Origin: Promethearchaeota archaeon
GTDB lineage: Archaea > Asgardarchaeota > Heimdallarchaeia > Hodarchaeales > Hodarchaeaceae
DNA length: 64,000 bases
Assembly: GCA_048938105.1 (NCBI GenBank)
Contig: JBHLMN010000013.1
Location: 96,001-160,000, forward strand
Direction: 5' to 3'
Notes under the pieces: model-generated
The model's input: the letters and a program-made list of their open reading frames with translations, nothing else
Told to the model about the DNA's origin: nothing
Databases searched by the model: none
In this document: positions 18,559 through 28,892 of the stretch, piece after piece
How the letters are laid out: each line of letters begins with the position of its first letter
How positions within the stretch are numbered: position 1 is the first letter of the stretch
Made by a program: the position numbers and the translations under genes

Positions 18559-20322
18559 ATGACTGTAACAAAGCTCACTGGTGGAGAGGCAGTAGCTAAA
18601 TATATAAAAGCCCAAGAAGTATCTTATGCAGTTGGAATACCTGGTCATGGATGTTTAGGTCTTGTTGATGCCCTTTTAAAGAATGAAATTCCAATAGTCC
18701 AAGTGAGACATGAACAATCCGCGTGTCATTTGGCTGATGGTTATTTTCGTGCAACTGGAAAGCCTTTAGTAGTTTTTACAAGCATCAGTCCAGGGGGATG
18801 TAATACAGTTGTAGGTGTGGCAACAGCTTTTGTTGATTCCAGTGCAATGATTGTTATCACTGGAGGAGTTCATGTGCGTTGGCAAGGGGTCGGTGTTCTT
18901 CAGGAAATAGAACGAAAGCATTGGGCAGATTTCCCTTCAATAATGAAACCAATTGTCAAACGTAGTTACCAAGTAACGAGTCTTGATCAGTTACCTTGGG
19001 TATTACACAATGCGTTTAAAATAGCCGTATCAGGTCGTCCTGGTCCTGTACATATTGACCTCCCAATGGATATTCAATCAGAAGCAAAGGAAATCGAACT
19101 CATTAAAGACCCCCCCTTTATAATCAACCAACAACGAGCTTTTCCAGATCCAAAGGTAATTAAACAAGTCGTTGACCTCCTATTAGAATCAAAAAACCCT
19201 GTCATATTAGCTGGAGGAGGAGTACTATTATCAAATGCTTACTCTGAGTTAAAACAAGTTGCAGAACATTTGGGTATTCCTGTATGTACCACATTAGCTG
19301 GAAAAGGAGCATTTGTTGAGGATCATCCCTTGTTTGGGTTTTATCCTGGAACCAAAGGTTCACCCGTTGGAAATGAATTGACTCGTAAAGCTGATGTGCT
19401 TCTTGCCTTAGGATGTAGATTTGCAGATGAGACCACAAGTAGCTATGAAAAAGGGATTTCATTCTCAATTCCACCAACTAAGGTTATTCAAGTGGATATT
19501 GATCCTGGAGAACTTGGAAAAAATTATCCCGTTCATCTTCCTGTCCTTTCTGACATCAAATCAACATTAAATCAAATACTCTTGGAATTACAACACCGAA
19601 ATATAAAACCAATTGATTTAGCTAATCATCAGGTAATTAAATGGTTAGAAAAGGAACGTAAAGACTGGTTTGAACAACTTGAAGTCTTACGACAGCATAT
19701 CTCTCCTATGACAATCTCGAGACTATTGATGGAATTAAGAAAAGCTTTACCAAGAGATGTTTTTGTGGTGACAAGTGGTGGGCATACACAAGCAGCTCTA
19801 TTTCAGGAGTTTCAAATTTTCTCCGAAGGAACACATATATCATCGGGGGGTTTTAGTACTATGGGATTTGGTGTTCCTGCAGCAATAGGTGTAAAATTGG
19901 CTCATCCTAATCGAACTGTTGTTTCTGTGGAAGGAGATGGAAGTTTTTTAATGACCTGTCAAGAATTAGCTACAGCACAACAGTTGAAGGTTCCAATAAT
20001 AATAGTAGTTGCAGATAATTCAGGCTGGATATCAATTAGAGACTTGCAAATCAATGCTTATGGGCATAATCGCGTTTATGGAACCGAATTTCTAAGAGAT
20101 AACAAACCATACGGCCCAGATTTTGCTCAATTAGCTAAATCTTTCAGTTGTTGGGCAAAAAAAGTAAATAATCCTGAAGAGTTTCAAAAATATTTTAAAG
20201 AGGCCCTTAAATGGCACGAAGGGCCAGCTCTTCTTTGGGTTAACGTTGAAAGAAACCATCCTCTTAGTGAAAGCCCTGTATATGGAGCTTGGGATGTACC
20301 AAAACCCACATATCTTGAATAA
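18559..20322 (+). CDS. ThDP-dependent enzyme (acetolactate synthase/IolD-like family)
   Basis: LTGGEAV, GIPGHG, VRHEQ, GRPGPVHIDLPMD, GDGSFLM...ADNSG; start set at ATG 18559 (MTVTK). Confidence 0.88.
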   Translation: MTVTKLTGGEAVAKYIKAQEVSYAVGIPGHGCLGLVDALLKNEIPIVQVRHEQSACHLADGYFRATGKPLVVFTSISPGGCNTVVGVATAFVDSSAMIVITGGVHVRWQGVGVLQEIERKHWADFPSIMKPIVKRSYQVTSLDQLPWVLHNAFKIAVSGRPGPVHIDLPMDIQSEAKEIELIKDPPFIINQQRAFPDPKVIKQVVDLLLESKNPVILAGGGVLLSNAYSELKQVAEHLGIPVCTTLAGKGAFVEDHPLFGFYPGTKGSPVGNELTRKADVLLALGCRFADETTSSYEKGISFSIPPTKVIQVDIDPGELGKNYPVHLPVLSDIKSTLNQILLELQHRNIKPIDLANHQVIKWLEKERKDWFEQLEVLRQHISPMTISRLLMELRKALPRDVFVVTSGGHTQAALFQEFQIFSEGTHISSGGFSTMGFGVPAAIGVKLAHPNRTVVSVEGDGSFLMTCQELATAQQLKVPIIIVVADNSGWISIRDLQINAYGHNRVYGTEFLRDNKPYGPDFAQLAKSFSCWAKKVNNPEEFQKYFKEALKWHEGPALLWVNVERNHPLSESPVYGAWDVPKPTYLE

Positions 20323-20326
20323 ATAG

Positions 20327-21757
20327 GTGAATTTCATGGAATTATGGAAAAAAGAAGAAACAGAATATATCCCTGGAAACCCTGTATTCTTCGCCCTTGC
20401 TACAATGGGTGATGCGATATCTTACCAAAATTTTACATTTCTGATATTTACATTCTATTACGCAGTCATTGGGCTTAATGTACTCTATATCGCATTAGGA
20501 TTTATAGCTTGGTCTTTATGGAATTCAATCAATGATCCTCTCATTGGATTGATTTCAGATAAAACAAAAACTCGTTGGGGTCGTCGAATACCATTCATTG
20601 TAGGATCATTCATTCCATTATCGGCAATTATGATTCTAATTTGGACACCACCATTTTGGAATGAATTTTGGAGTTACATTTACTTCCTAGGAATAATCGT
20701 GTTGTGGGATGCAATCTACACAACAAATTCACTAAATATGACAAGCCTTTTTCCTGAAATGTATCAAACTGAAGAGGAAAGAGCTAAAGCGAATAACTAT
20801 CGTCAAATTTTTCTGATTATAGGATTATTAATCTCATTTATTGTCCCCACATTAATAATCGCAGATTTAAAAGGAGAAACTGATCGAACAGCAACTATTG
20901 GCCAATATCAACTTGCTGGTGTTGTTATTGGGCTAATTGTCTTTCTGTGTTATTTTATCGGGATTCGTGGTGGTGCTTTTCGAGAACGGCCTGAATTTGA
21001 AGATGATGCGTTGAACGTCCCTGATTGGAAGAATGCTTTTCTCCATACCTTAAAGAATAGATATTTTCAAATTTTTGTGATTGCGAATACCTTTAACTGG
21101 TATATCTTTGGCATTTTAACAACCATTGCTCCATTGTATGCTACATCAGTATTACAGGACATTCCTACATTCCTAGTAGGAATCCTTTTGGGATTTACTT
21201 TTATTTCTGCTGCATTTTTCGTTAATTTATGGAAATATGTAGGAAATCGTTTAAGAGATTTAAGAAAAACATGGATGATTTCATTAGCTGTTTTGGTATT
21301 AGGATTACTACCCTTTTTTGTTATCGATGATTGGATTCTAGGAATTATATGTTTTTGCTTTCTTGGGATCGGTATAGCTGGCAGTCTGTATCTAAAAGAT
21401 CTTATAATGAGTGACATTATTGATGAAGATGAACTTCGAACTGGAGTCAGAAGGGAAGGCGCATATTATGGTGTAAATGCGTTTATAATGCGCTTGTCTA
21501 TCATTCTGGTATTTGTTTCTATTGCTTTAGTTTTCAGTGGGTTTGGATGGGAACAATATTTCGGGGCAAATGTCGATCCTCAAAAACTAGAAGACTTTCG
21601 GTTGGGGCTTCGTTTACTCTTTTCAATATTTCCAGTGGTTGCTTCGCTATTATCGATATTTATAATTAATTATTTTAGTCTTTATGGAGAAAAATTGCTA
21701 GATGTGAAGGATAAGCTCAAGGAAATCCATCAAGCGAAGATAGATAAAGCTGCATAA
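20327..21757 (+). CDS. MFS glycoside-pentoside-hexuronide (GPH) family transporter
   Basis: NDPLIGLISDKTKTRWGRRIPF; DIIDEDELRTGVRREGAYYG. Confidence 0.9.
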   Translation: MNFMELWKKEETEYIPGNPVFFALATMGDAISYQNFTFLIFTFYYAVIGLNVLYIALGFIAWSLWNSINDPLIGLISDKTKTRWGRRIPFIVGSFIPLSAIMILIWTPPFWNEFWSYIYFLGIIVLWDAIYTTNSLNMTSLFPEMYQTEEERAKANNYRQIFLIIGLLISFIVPTLIIADLKGETDRTATIGQYQLAGVVIGLIVFLCYFIGIRGGAFRERPEFEDDALNVPDWKNAFLHTLKNRYFQIFVIANTFNWYIFGILTTIAPLYATSVLQDIPTFLVGILLGFTFISAAFFVNLWKYVGNRLRDLRKTWMISLAVLVLGLLPFFVIDDWILGIICFCFLGIGIAGSLYLKDLIMSDIIDEDELRTGVRREGAYYGVNAFIMRLSIILVFVSIALVFSGFGWEQYFGANVDPQKLEDFRLGLRLLFSIFPVVASLLSIFIINYFSLYGEKLLDVKDKLKEIHQAKIDKAA

Positions 21758-21792
21758 GTTTCATGTCTTAGATTCATCAAAGAAAGGAATAC

Positions 21793-22944
21793 ATGAAGAC
21801 AATGCATTTCAGAAAATTAGGAAAGACAGGAATCAAAGTCTCTGTTTTAGGATTTGGATGCATGAGGCTTCCAACACTTAAACCTGGAGAGCCTACGATT
21901 AATCGTGAGGAAGCAATTCGGTTAATCAGAAAGGGAATTGACTCTGGAATTACATATATTGACACTGCATATCCATATCACGGGAAAGAGAGTGAAATCG
22001 TTGTAGGACAGGCCCTAAAGGATGGATATCGCGAAAAAGTGACTCTCGTGACAAAATGTCCTGTAGGAATGCCTGATTTCACAGAATCAGCTCATTATGA
22101 CAAATATCTCAACGAGCAATTGACAAAACTCGATGTGGACTACTTAGATTTTTATCTTTTTCATGGCATCAATGGGAAAACACTTCACGAAAAAGTGTTA
22201 GAATTGAATCTTATCGAAAGGGCAAAAGCCGCAAAAGCAGCAGGAAAAATCAAACACATTGGCTTCTCATTCCATGATACACCAGAAGTTCTCAAGGAAA
22301 TCATTGATACAGGACACTTTGAATTGATGTTGGTTCAGTATAACATTATAGATCAAATCAACGAAGAAATGTTAGCATATGCAGCTGAAAAAGGATTAGG
22401 AATAGCAATTATGGGACCCGTGGGTGGTGGTAGATTAGCAGGTATTCCTCCAGAATCAATGCGACAATGGGTAACAGAGGATAGAAACAATTTCGTAGAT
22501 CTTGCTCTTAAATTTGTATTGAGTAATCCTAATGTCTCTGTTGCTCTTTCAGGGATGGGATCAGAAGAAATGCTAGACGATAATTTAAAGCTGGTTTCTA
22601 AAGAAAACTACAATTTGTTAACTAATGCTGAAAAAGAACGAATTCAAAACATTGCAAACAAATTCAAAGAACTCTCAGATGTTGTGTGCACAGGTTGTGG
22701 CTATTGTATGCCTTGTCCAAATGAAGTGAATATTAAAGAAATATTTAATTTCCTAATTCGATATCAAATATATGGGCAAAAAGAAGACACCAAAGTTATG
22801 TATGCTCAGATTGGGAAGGTTCGTTGGTTACCTGGGAAAGATGCAACAGCTTGTATTGAGTGTGAGGAATGTCTAGAAAAATGTCCTCAAAATATTCCCA
22901 TAATTGAACAGTTGAAGGAAGCTCATCGAATTCTGGGGGAATGA
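21793..22944 (+). CDS. aldo/keto reductase with C-terminal 4Fe-4S dicluster
   Basis: LGFGCMRLP, IDTAYPY, GFSFHD; CTGCGYCMPCP and CIECEECLEKCP. Confidence 0.92.
   Translation: MKTMHFRKLGKTGIKVSVLGFGCMRLPTLKPGEPTINREEAIRLIRKGIDSGITYIDTAYPYHGKESEIVVGQALKDGYREKVTLVTKCPVGMPDFTESAHYDKYLNEQLTKLDVDYLDFYLFHGINGKTLHEKVLELNLIERAKAAKAAGKIKHIGFSFHDTPEVLKEIIDTGHFELMLVQYNIIDQINEEMLAYAAEKGLGIAIMGPVGGGRLAGIPPESMRQWVTEDRNNFVDLALKFVLSNPNVSVALSGMGSEEMLDDNLKLVSKENYNLLTNAEKERIQNIANKFKELSDVVCTGCGYCMPCPNEVNIKEIFNFLIRYQIYGQKEDTKVMYAQIGKVRWLPGKDATACIECEECLEKCPQNIPIIEQLKEAHRILGE
22706..22892 (+). repeat. 187-bp direct repeat, copy 1 (AKR 3' region)
   Basis: Matches 24065-24251 except for one mismatch (22761 A vs 24120 G). 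Confidence 0.95.
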
Positions 22945-23172
22945 ATAGATATTAAAGAGTGTATTCTCTGAAGGGAAGGGTTTATCGGTTATTTGGCAGA
23001 ATGTGGAATTTTTCTAGATAGTTTAATACAGCCTATCATTGATGAAACGATTAAAATTGATGCTGAGTTAAATTATAACCTAAAAATCCCTACGGATTAT
23101 TCTACATGGGTCATTCTTTTGGTGAGGTTCAAAAACGAGAAAGAAAGAACAAAAAAATATCATGTAATAATA

Positions 23173-23898
23173 TTACTTCTTTTTCAGTCGAATATAAAGA
23201 GTAGTAAAAATTGCTAGGAAACCTATTGAGAAACTTTGTCCTGATATCAGTTCCTCAATCGTAGTTGTAGTGGAAGATTTTGTTGTACCATATTGCCATC
23301 CAATTCCAGGCATAATTACAAGTTGTAAACCTGAAGGAGATGTGGCGATCTTTCTTGCCAAAATTCCAGTGGTAGTATTCCACTCATATTTCACGTCAAG
23401 AATTTGATTGAATTTTAGGTTAGTCGTAGCTATTGTCTCAGTAATAGTCGAATTAATGTAGGTAGAGTGAGTCAAATTTTCCAAGAGGTTTTTTTCGTCA
23501 AATAATAATTGGAAGAAGTTTATACTATCAAATTTAATTGGTAGTATAAGTAAATGAAAATCAGAGCTATTTTTAGGGGGGGAAATCACCATATCACCCT
23601 CTATTACAACGAATATGTCAAGTCTACTACCATTTAAAAAATTGAAATCCAATGGTGGTTTAGAGCGAAGTGAAATCTTGTTATCCCCTCCTAGAGTGTT
23701 AATTCCTCCAATTAAAGTTGGTTCATTGTATTGTTCATTTGTTTTCAAATTATGCAATTCTGATTTTAATGCTTTCCAATGATAGCTCTTAACTTTTATA
23801 ACAGGAGACCATTCAGATTGTACACCCTCAACAAATACAATAGAAATAGATAGAAGAATGATGATGTTAGAACATAGAAAGATTTTTGCTAATTCCAT
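23173..23898 (-). CDS. secreted/surface protein with signal peptide, Ser/Thr linker and C-terminal TM anchor
   Basis: N-terminal hydrophobic signal; TTKSSTTTT; TM plus RLKKK. Confidence 0.7.
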   Translation of the reverse strand: MELAKIFLCSNIIILLSISIVFVEGVQSEWSPVIKVKSYHWKALKSELHNLKTNEQYNEPTLIGGINTLGGDNKISLRSKPPLDFNFLNGSRLDIFVVIEGDMVISPPKNSSDFHLLILPIKFDSINFFQLLFDEKNLLENLTHSTYINSTITETIATTNLKFNQILDVKYEWNTTTGILARKIATSPSGLQLVIMPGIGWQYGTTKSSTTTTIEELISGQSFSIGFLAIFTTLYIRLKKK

Positions 23899-24064
23899 AT
23901 GTTTCTACTTCAATGAAGTGTCTCTTAATATTGTATATAATATGCATATAAATTTATTCGTTCACTTATACATTGATTGTTCTGTTTAATCTGGTTATAA
24001 ATAAACTTGGAGAGCTAGTTAGTTGATGTTGAGGTTTGATAATAACACCCTCTTTGTACAAAAA

Positions 24065-24306
24065 GTATGCCTTGTCCAAATGAAGTGAATATTAAAGAAA
24101 TATTTAATTTCCTAATTCGGTATCAAATATATGGGCAAAAAGAAGACACCAAAGTTATGTATGCTCAGATTGGGAAGGTTCGTTGGTTACCTGGGAAAGA
24201 TGCAACAGCTTGTATTGAGTGTGAGGAATGTCTAGAAAAATGTCCTCAAAAAATCCAAATAATAGAGCAATTGAAAGAAGCCCATCAAGTACTTGGAAGT
24301 GAATAA
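24065..24306 (+). pseudogene. duplicated 3' fragment of the AKR gene (repeat copy 2) with a diverged tail
   Basis: Near-identical to 22706-22892, then synonymous/conservative divergence; lacks CTGCGYC. Confidence 0.85.
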
Positions 24307-24338
24307 AACAAAAGTATCCGAATCTCATTTTTATGTGT

Positions 24339-24353
24339 GAAAAACCTTTATAT
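24339..24353 (+). promoter_or_regulatory. archaeal BRE + TATA box
   Basis: GAAAAACC-TTTATAT about 30 nt upstream of ATG 24383. Confidence 0.6.
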
Positions 24354-24382
24354 GGAAAGAGACATTTATACTTTGAATTATT

Positions 24383-25036
24383 ATGACAAACTCTTTATCA
24401 TGTAAATATCATCCATCGAGAACAGCAATGGACAAATGTGAGCAATGTGGTGCTTTAATATGTTTAGAATGCAAAAAAATTCACAAAGTAACACACAGAA
24501 CTTCTTCTAGTTCATTTGATGATGATTTTCATCACTCTGATACATACACTACACGACATATCTTTTGTCCATTGTGTTACTACGATAATATCGAGAAAGC
24601 AGGGACTAAAGGTCGATTTTTTCTCATCTGTCCAGTTATATTTTTGATATTCTTTATTGGTTTTGCTTTATTTTTGTTGAGCTCTGTGCTCGATTTCATT
24701 GAATCCTGGAACCAGAGTGGTGGAGGAAATCTTCCTGGTCCTGGGCCAGAAATAATTCTATTTATTTTCCCTATATTTTTAATTGTTCCAATAGCAATGA
24801 TTATTTGCATGTTACGGAATTTCTTCATTACGGCTCCACGTGCAGCGCAACAAGCAAGAGCTGATCGTGAAGCGTTCTTACGAGAAATTGGCATGGAAAG
24901 AGAGTTTCCCCCAAGAGATGAATTTCGTACTGATTCTTTTAACCGTTCAAAGAAATCTCAATTTTGTAGAACCTGTGGGTCGAGAATATCAGCTGATGAA
25001 ATTTACTGTCCATTTTGTGGATCATCCGTAGAATGA
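24383..25036 (+). CDS. B-box-like Zn finger, 2 TM and Zn ribbon membrane protein
   Basis: CKYHP...CEQCG..ICLEC...CPLC; TM pair; FCRTCG..YCPFCG. Confidence 0.8.
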   Translation: MTNSLSCKYHPSRTAMDKCEQCGALICLECKKIHKVTHRTSSSSFDDDFHHSDTYTTRHIFCPLCYYDNIEKAGTKGRFFLICPVIFLIFFIGFALFLLSSVLDFIESWNQSGGGNLPGPGPEIILFIFPIFLIVPIAMIICMLRNFFITAPRAAQQARADREAFLREIGMEREFPPRDEFRTDSFNRSKKSQFCRTCGSRISADEIYCPFCGSSVE

Positions 25037-25146
25037 TTCTCTCCCTGGAAAGGTAATTACTATAAGATTGTCAGCAACTCATTTCTCAAGCTATAGATTT
25101 GAAAAACCTTTCAATGGACTAGTGAACTAATCAGGGATCATGTAAG

Positions 25147-26313
25147 CTATTGTAATATGTCTATCAATACTTCTTTCTTTAATTCAATTGGATTATACCC
25201 CATACTCGATGATTTCTTTGCTTTTTCGACAATAATCTGCACAATAGAATCAGTTAAGGAAAACTCCGATAATGTTGGTACATTTAATTCTTTTGTTAAG
25301 CTTTTCAAATAGTCTACTAAAGCATCATGAGCATCAGTAATCGAGGGATATGTTTTTTCAGAGACGATTTCCCCTAGTTTTGCATATTTTACAAGGGTTT
25401 TATTCTTTGGATCCATCATCGTTAATTGCTTAATATTTGCTTCTATTGTAGGGGCAAGGAGAGCTGCACATATGACTCCATGAGGGATTTTTAATCCTCC
25501 CATTGGTGAAGCGAAACCATGTACAGCTCCTAAACCAGCGTTTGCTAAGCAGATTCCACTTAATAAAGATGCCAAGGCCATGTTCTCCCTTGCTTCTAGT
25601 GATTGACCATTTCTGTAACAGGTGAGAAGAAATTTTGAGGCCTTTTTAATTCCCAACAGAGCCCAACTATCAGTTAGGGGTTGGGATTTGTTTGATGTAT
25701 AAGCCTCAATCAATTGGGTTAAAGCATCCATTCCGCAAGTTGCAGTAACAGACTGGGGAACTGTCAACATTAACCTCGGATCAACAATTGCAATTTTAGG
25801 AATTAAAAATGGGCTACGAATGCTAGCTTTAAATTCCTCCTGTTCTGCTAGGATTACTGCGTTCTTTGTTACTTCACTTCCTGTTCCTGCAGTGGTTGGG
25901 ACTGCTATAATTGGTAATGGAGGTTTAATAATTGTTGCTCCTTTTCCAATTACTTCCATATAATCTCGTGCTGAACCCCCATTTGTGTATAATCCCGCTA
26001 TTGCTTTGCAAGCATCAATGGTACTACCTCCACCAATAGCTAAGAAGCAATCTGCCTTAAATTCTTTAGCTTTCTGTACACCTAAATCTATGGTTTCAAT
26101 AGTTGGTTCCCCTCTAATTAAATAGGTCTCAAAACGTATTTCTTGTTTTACTATTGAAACCGTGAAAGTTTCTCTTGTTTCAGGGGAGTTTAATGCACTT
26201 CCACTAGCAACCACAAATAATCGTGCTCCAAATTCTTTCACAAGAGTACCAATATTATGAAACTGCTTAGGACCAAAAAATATACGAGGAGTAGGAAGAA
26301 ACTCAAATTCCAT
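25147..26313 (-). CDS. iron-containing alcohol dehydrogenase
   Basis: IGGGSTIDACK, PTTAGTGSEVT, GMDALTQLIE, GAVHG, HGVIC. Confidence 0.92.
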   Translation of the reverse strand: MEFEFLPTPRIFFGPKQFHNIGTLVKEFGARLFVVASGSALNSPETRETFTVSIVKQEIRFETYLIRGEPTIETIDLGVQKAKEFKADCFLAIGGGSTIDACKAIAGLYTNGGSARDYMEVIGKGATIIKPPLPIIAVPTTAGTGSEVTKNAVILAEQEEFKASIRSPFLIPKIAIVDPRLMLTVPQSVTATCGMDALTQLIEAYTSNKSQPLTDSWALLGIKKASKFLLTCYRNGQSLEARENMALASLLSGICLANAGLGAVHGFASPMGGLKIPHGVICAALLAPTIEANIKQLTMMDPKNKTLVKYAKLGEIVSEKTYPSITDAHDALVDYLKSLTKELNVPTLSEFSLTDSIVQIIVEKAKKSSSMGYNPIELKKEVLIDILQ

Positions 26314-26322
26314 GGTTTTCCC

Positions 26323-26640
26323 CTATTTTGAAAGAAAAGCTGCTTCGGTCTCTGGGAAGAGATTCTTATGTTTGATACCTTCACGAGGCTTGGCCATCAT
26401 TTCTTCAACAGTTTCTCGCCATTTTTGGTAATGAGTGGTGGTTTTATGATCATCCATACCACTTTCATCCCGATAGACCTCATACAAAAAGAAACGATCT
26501 GGATCATCTAAACCTTGTAAAACATCAAATCTTAAGTTCTTAGGTTCTTTCCTTGTATTTCTAGCATTCTCTAACGAAGCTTCTATGAACGCCTCTCGAT
26601 ATTCAGGCTTAACAAAGACACTAACACATGCAATAAACAC
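26323..26640 (-). CDS. ABM family, LsrG-like protein
   Basis: EPKNLRFDVLQ...FFLYEVY...HKTTTHYQKWRETVEEMMAKPR. Confidence 0.85.
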   Translation of the reverse strand: MFIACVSVFVKPEYREAFIEASLENARNTRKEPKNLRFDVLQGLDDPDRFFLYEVYRDESGMDDHKTTTHYQKWRETVEEMMAKPREGIKHKNLFPETEAAFLSK

Positions 26641-26809
26641 ATTCTAAACCTCCTAGATGTATTAATGGAGAAAAGCTTAGGAGGTTTTTAAGAGGATTTC
26701 TGATCTTGAAGTTATTTTAAAATTATCCAAAATCTGAGTTTAGTGTGATCTCTCTCATCGCTATCTTTCTTATAGGAGTAGTAAAAAGGGAGAAAGCTTG
26801 TAAAAGCTG

Positions 26810-27946
26810 TTAATCTTTGATTAGGAATTCATCTAATCGGTTTCTTGCTTTTTCTCGTTTTTTCCTATGATTTTCAAGGAATACATTGATTTTATCTATT
26901 AAAATGGCTTTCAATTCACCAGTGAGTAAATCTCCATTTCGATAATCTTCTTCTAATGTCTTTAGCTTTTTATCGTCCTCTTCAAAGAGGATCTTTAACC
27001 ATTGAAAACTAACGTCAATGTCTGGATCGCCCCCTTTTTTCCGATGTTCCTCGATAGATACTTGACCCCCAGAAAACGCATATTTAACAATCTTCTTTTC
27101 AACTGTTTTAGGGTCATCCGTCACATACACAGTTTGAGTGGGGTCAGAAGCAGACATCTTACCTTCAGGCCCGCCAAGAGCAGGAAGGAACGAACATTGA
27201 ATACTGGCAGGTTTGTAAAATCCTAACCGTGGAAGAACATCTCGAGCCAATCTAAAATGTGGATCTTGGTCTATTGCGTGTGGGATGAGGCAGGGCACAT
27301 TTTTTCCCTGTCTGACGCTTTCCAAGACTGCAGGAACTGCTTGTATGCTTGTATAAAATACGCTTCCAATATTAATGGAGTTATCGAATCCGAACGAAGC
27401 TTTAACTGTTGAATAAGTAATTTTCTTGGCAATGGGAAGAGCGATGTTATAGAACGTTTGAGCATTGTCTGTATCAATAATGATTTCAGTATTTTTAGGA
27501 TCAAACCCTAAAGCAATCACATCACAAGCATTTTCGATTGCATAAGAGTAAGTATCTTCCTTACTCAATTTTTCTTCAAATAAAAACTTCTCATCATCAG
27601 TCAATTGGAAGATAAACTTAACATTGAATTTATCCTGTAACCATTTAGTAAAAATCCAAGGGACTAGATGCCCAATGTGAATACCTTCTGAGGGACCCCT
27701 ACCAGTGTAAAGATGGAATTTATTTCCCTTTTCCCATTCATCTAGGATGAAATTCATGTCTCGGTGGGTAAAAAAGGTTCCACGACGTAACATGTAGTGT
27801 AACTCTCCAGTATGCTTTTTAATTCTTTCAAGGAGAGATTCATCTATCGGTTCTGTTCCAAATCGTTCCATTAGTTTGGTGTAGTCTACTTTACCATGAA
27901 CTTCCCATGGTGTGACAACGAAATCATTTTCATTCTCTTTAGTCAT
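26810..27946 (-). CDS. trpS: tryptophan--tRNA ligase (archaeal/eukaryal type)
   Basis: VTPW, YTGRGPS, HIGH, AIDQDPHFR, KMSAS, AFSGG. Confidence 0.97.
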   Translation of the reverse strand: MTKENENDFVVTPWEVHGKVDYTKLMERFGTEPIDESLLERIKKHTGELHYMLRRGTFFTHRDMNFILDEWEKGNKFHLYTGRGPSEGIHIGHLVPWIFTKWLQDKFNVKFIFQLTDDEKFLFEEKLSKEDTYSYAIENACDVIALGFDPKNTEIIIDTDNAQTFYNIALPIAKKITYSTVKASFGFDNSINIGSVFYTSIQAVPAVLESVRQGKNVPCLIPHAIDQDPHFRLARDVLPRLGFYKPASIQCSFLPALGGPEGKMSASDPTQTVYVTDDPKTVEKKIVKYAFSGGQVSIEEHRKKGGDPDIDVSFQWLKILFEEDDKKLKTLEEDYRNGDLLTGELKAILIDKINVFLENHRKKREKARNRLDEFLIKD

Positions 27947-28346
27947 CCTTTAGAAACTCCTGAGTTCTTGCATGGTTGATTTAGGGTAAAAAGGGCCCAT
28001 TTTTTTTAATTTAGTATTGCTCATAAACAATTTATGAATAAAGGGATCTACAATAAATGGTGTATTAATCTTCTTTGCACTTAAGCTGCAAAATCCTATC
28101 TTAGAAAAATGTCTTCGAAAGAAATAGTAAAACCTAAAGAGGATGCTCAACTTTATCCTTTTTGAATCAAGAAAAAGTGCTGGTGGTTGTCCACTAGCGA
28201 CAAATTCCATTGGTAGAGCATTCTCATCTCCAAGTGGTTGGTTTTATTTCGTATATTAAAATCTTGCCAATGGTGATAAATATGTTGATTGAAATGAAGG
28301 TGTGAGCTAGCAAATTGATGAGATTTGGGTATTTTGAGGGTATTTA

Positions 28347-28853
28347 ATGCCTCTAGGCCTTACTTTGTTACTGGATCCTGACGTTTCTCAATCAATGATC
28401 AAAGAACTTGACCAACATTTAATTGCTGTGTTTCCTATTAAAAACATTGAAGTTATTAAATCAGTTGAACTTCCTAGTTCGTGCTGGAATAGATCTCGAA
28501 AGCAGTTTGAAGCCAATTGCTTGTTAGCTTTTGCTAAATCTTTTAAAAGTATTGGAATTGTAGTACTAATAATATCTAAAGATGCTTATGTATCAGGCCT
28601 GAATTTTGTCTTTGGGGTTGCATCTAGAGGTATAGGAGCTGTTGTTTCAAGCTGTAGACTTGAGAATGATCCAGATTTTTTGAAAAAGGAAATAACTCAT
28701 GAATTAGGGCATGTATTTGGATTAAGTCATTGTACGCTTCCTTGTGTCATGACTTTTTCAAACAGTGTTTGGGAAGCTAGAATCAAGAGTAATACATTCT
28801 GTGAAAGATGTCAGAAACAGCTAAAACAAGAGGTTCAAGAAGGATTTAAATAG
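28347..28853 (+). CDS. amzA: archaemetzincin (M54 Zn metalloprotease)
   Basis: LNFVFG; HELGHVFGLSHC..CVM.FS....CERC. Confidence 0.88.
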   Translation: MPLGLTLLLDPDVSQSMIKELDQHLIAVFPIKNIEVIKSVELPSSCWNRSRKQFEANCLLAFAKSFKSIGIVVLIISKDAYVSGLNFVFGVASRGIGAVVSSCRLENDPDFLKKEITHELGHVFGLSHCTLPCVMTFSNSVWEARIKSNTFCERCQKQLKQEVQEGFK

Positions 28854-28892
28854 ATACTATTTCTACAAGGAGAAAAAGAAAAGGGATATCCA

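Noticed and set aside
27950-28210. Leader ORF or attenuator upstream of trpS
   Set aside because: No Trp codons and no recognisable features; probably spurious
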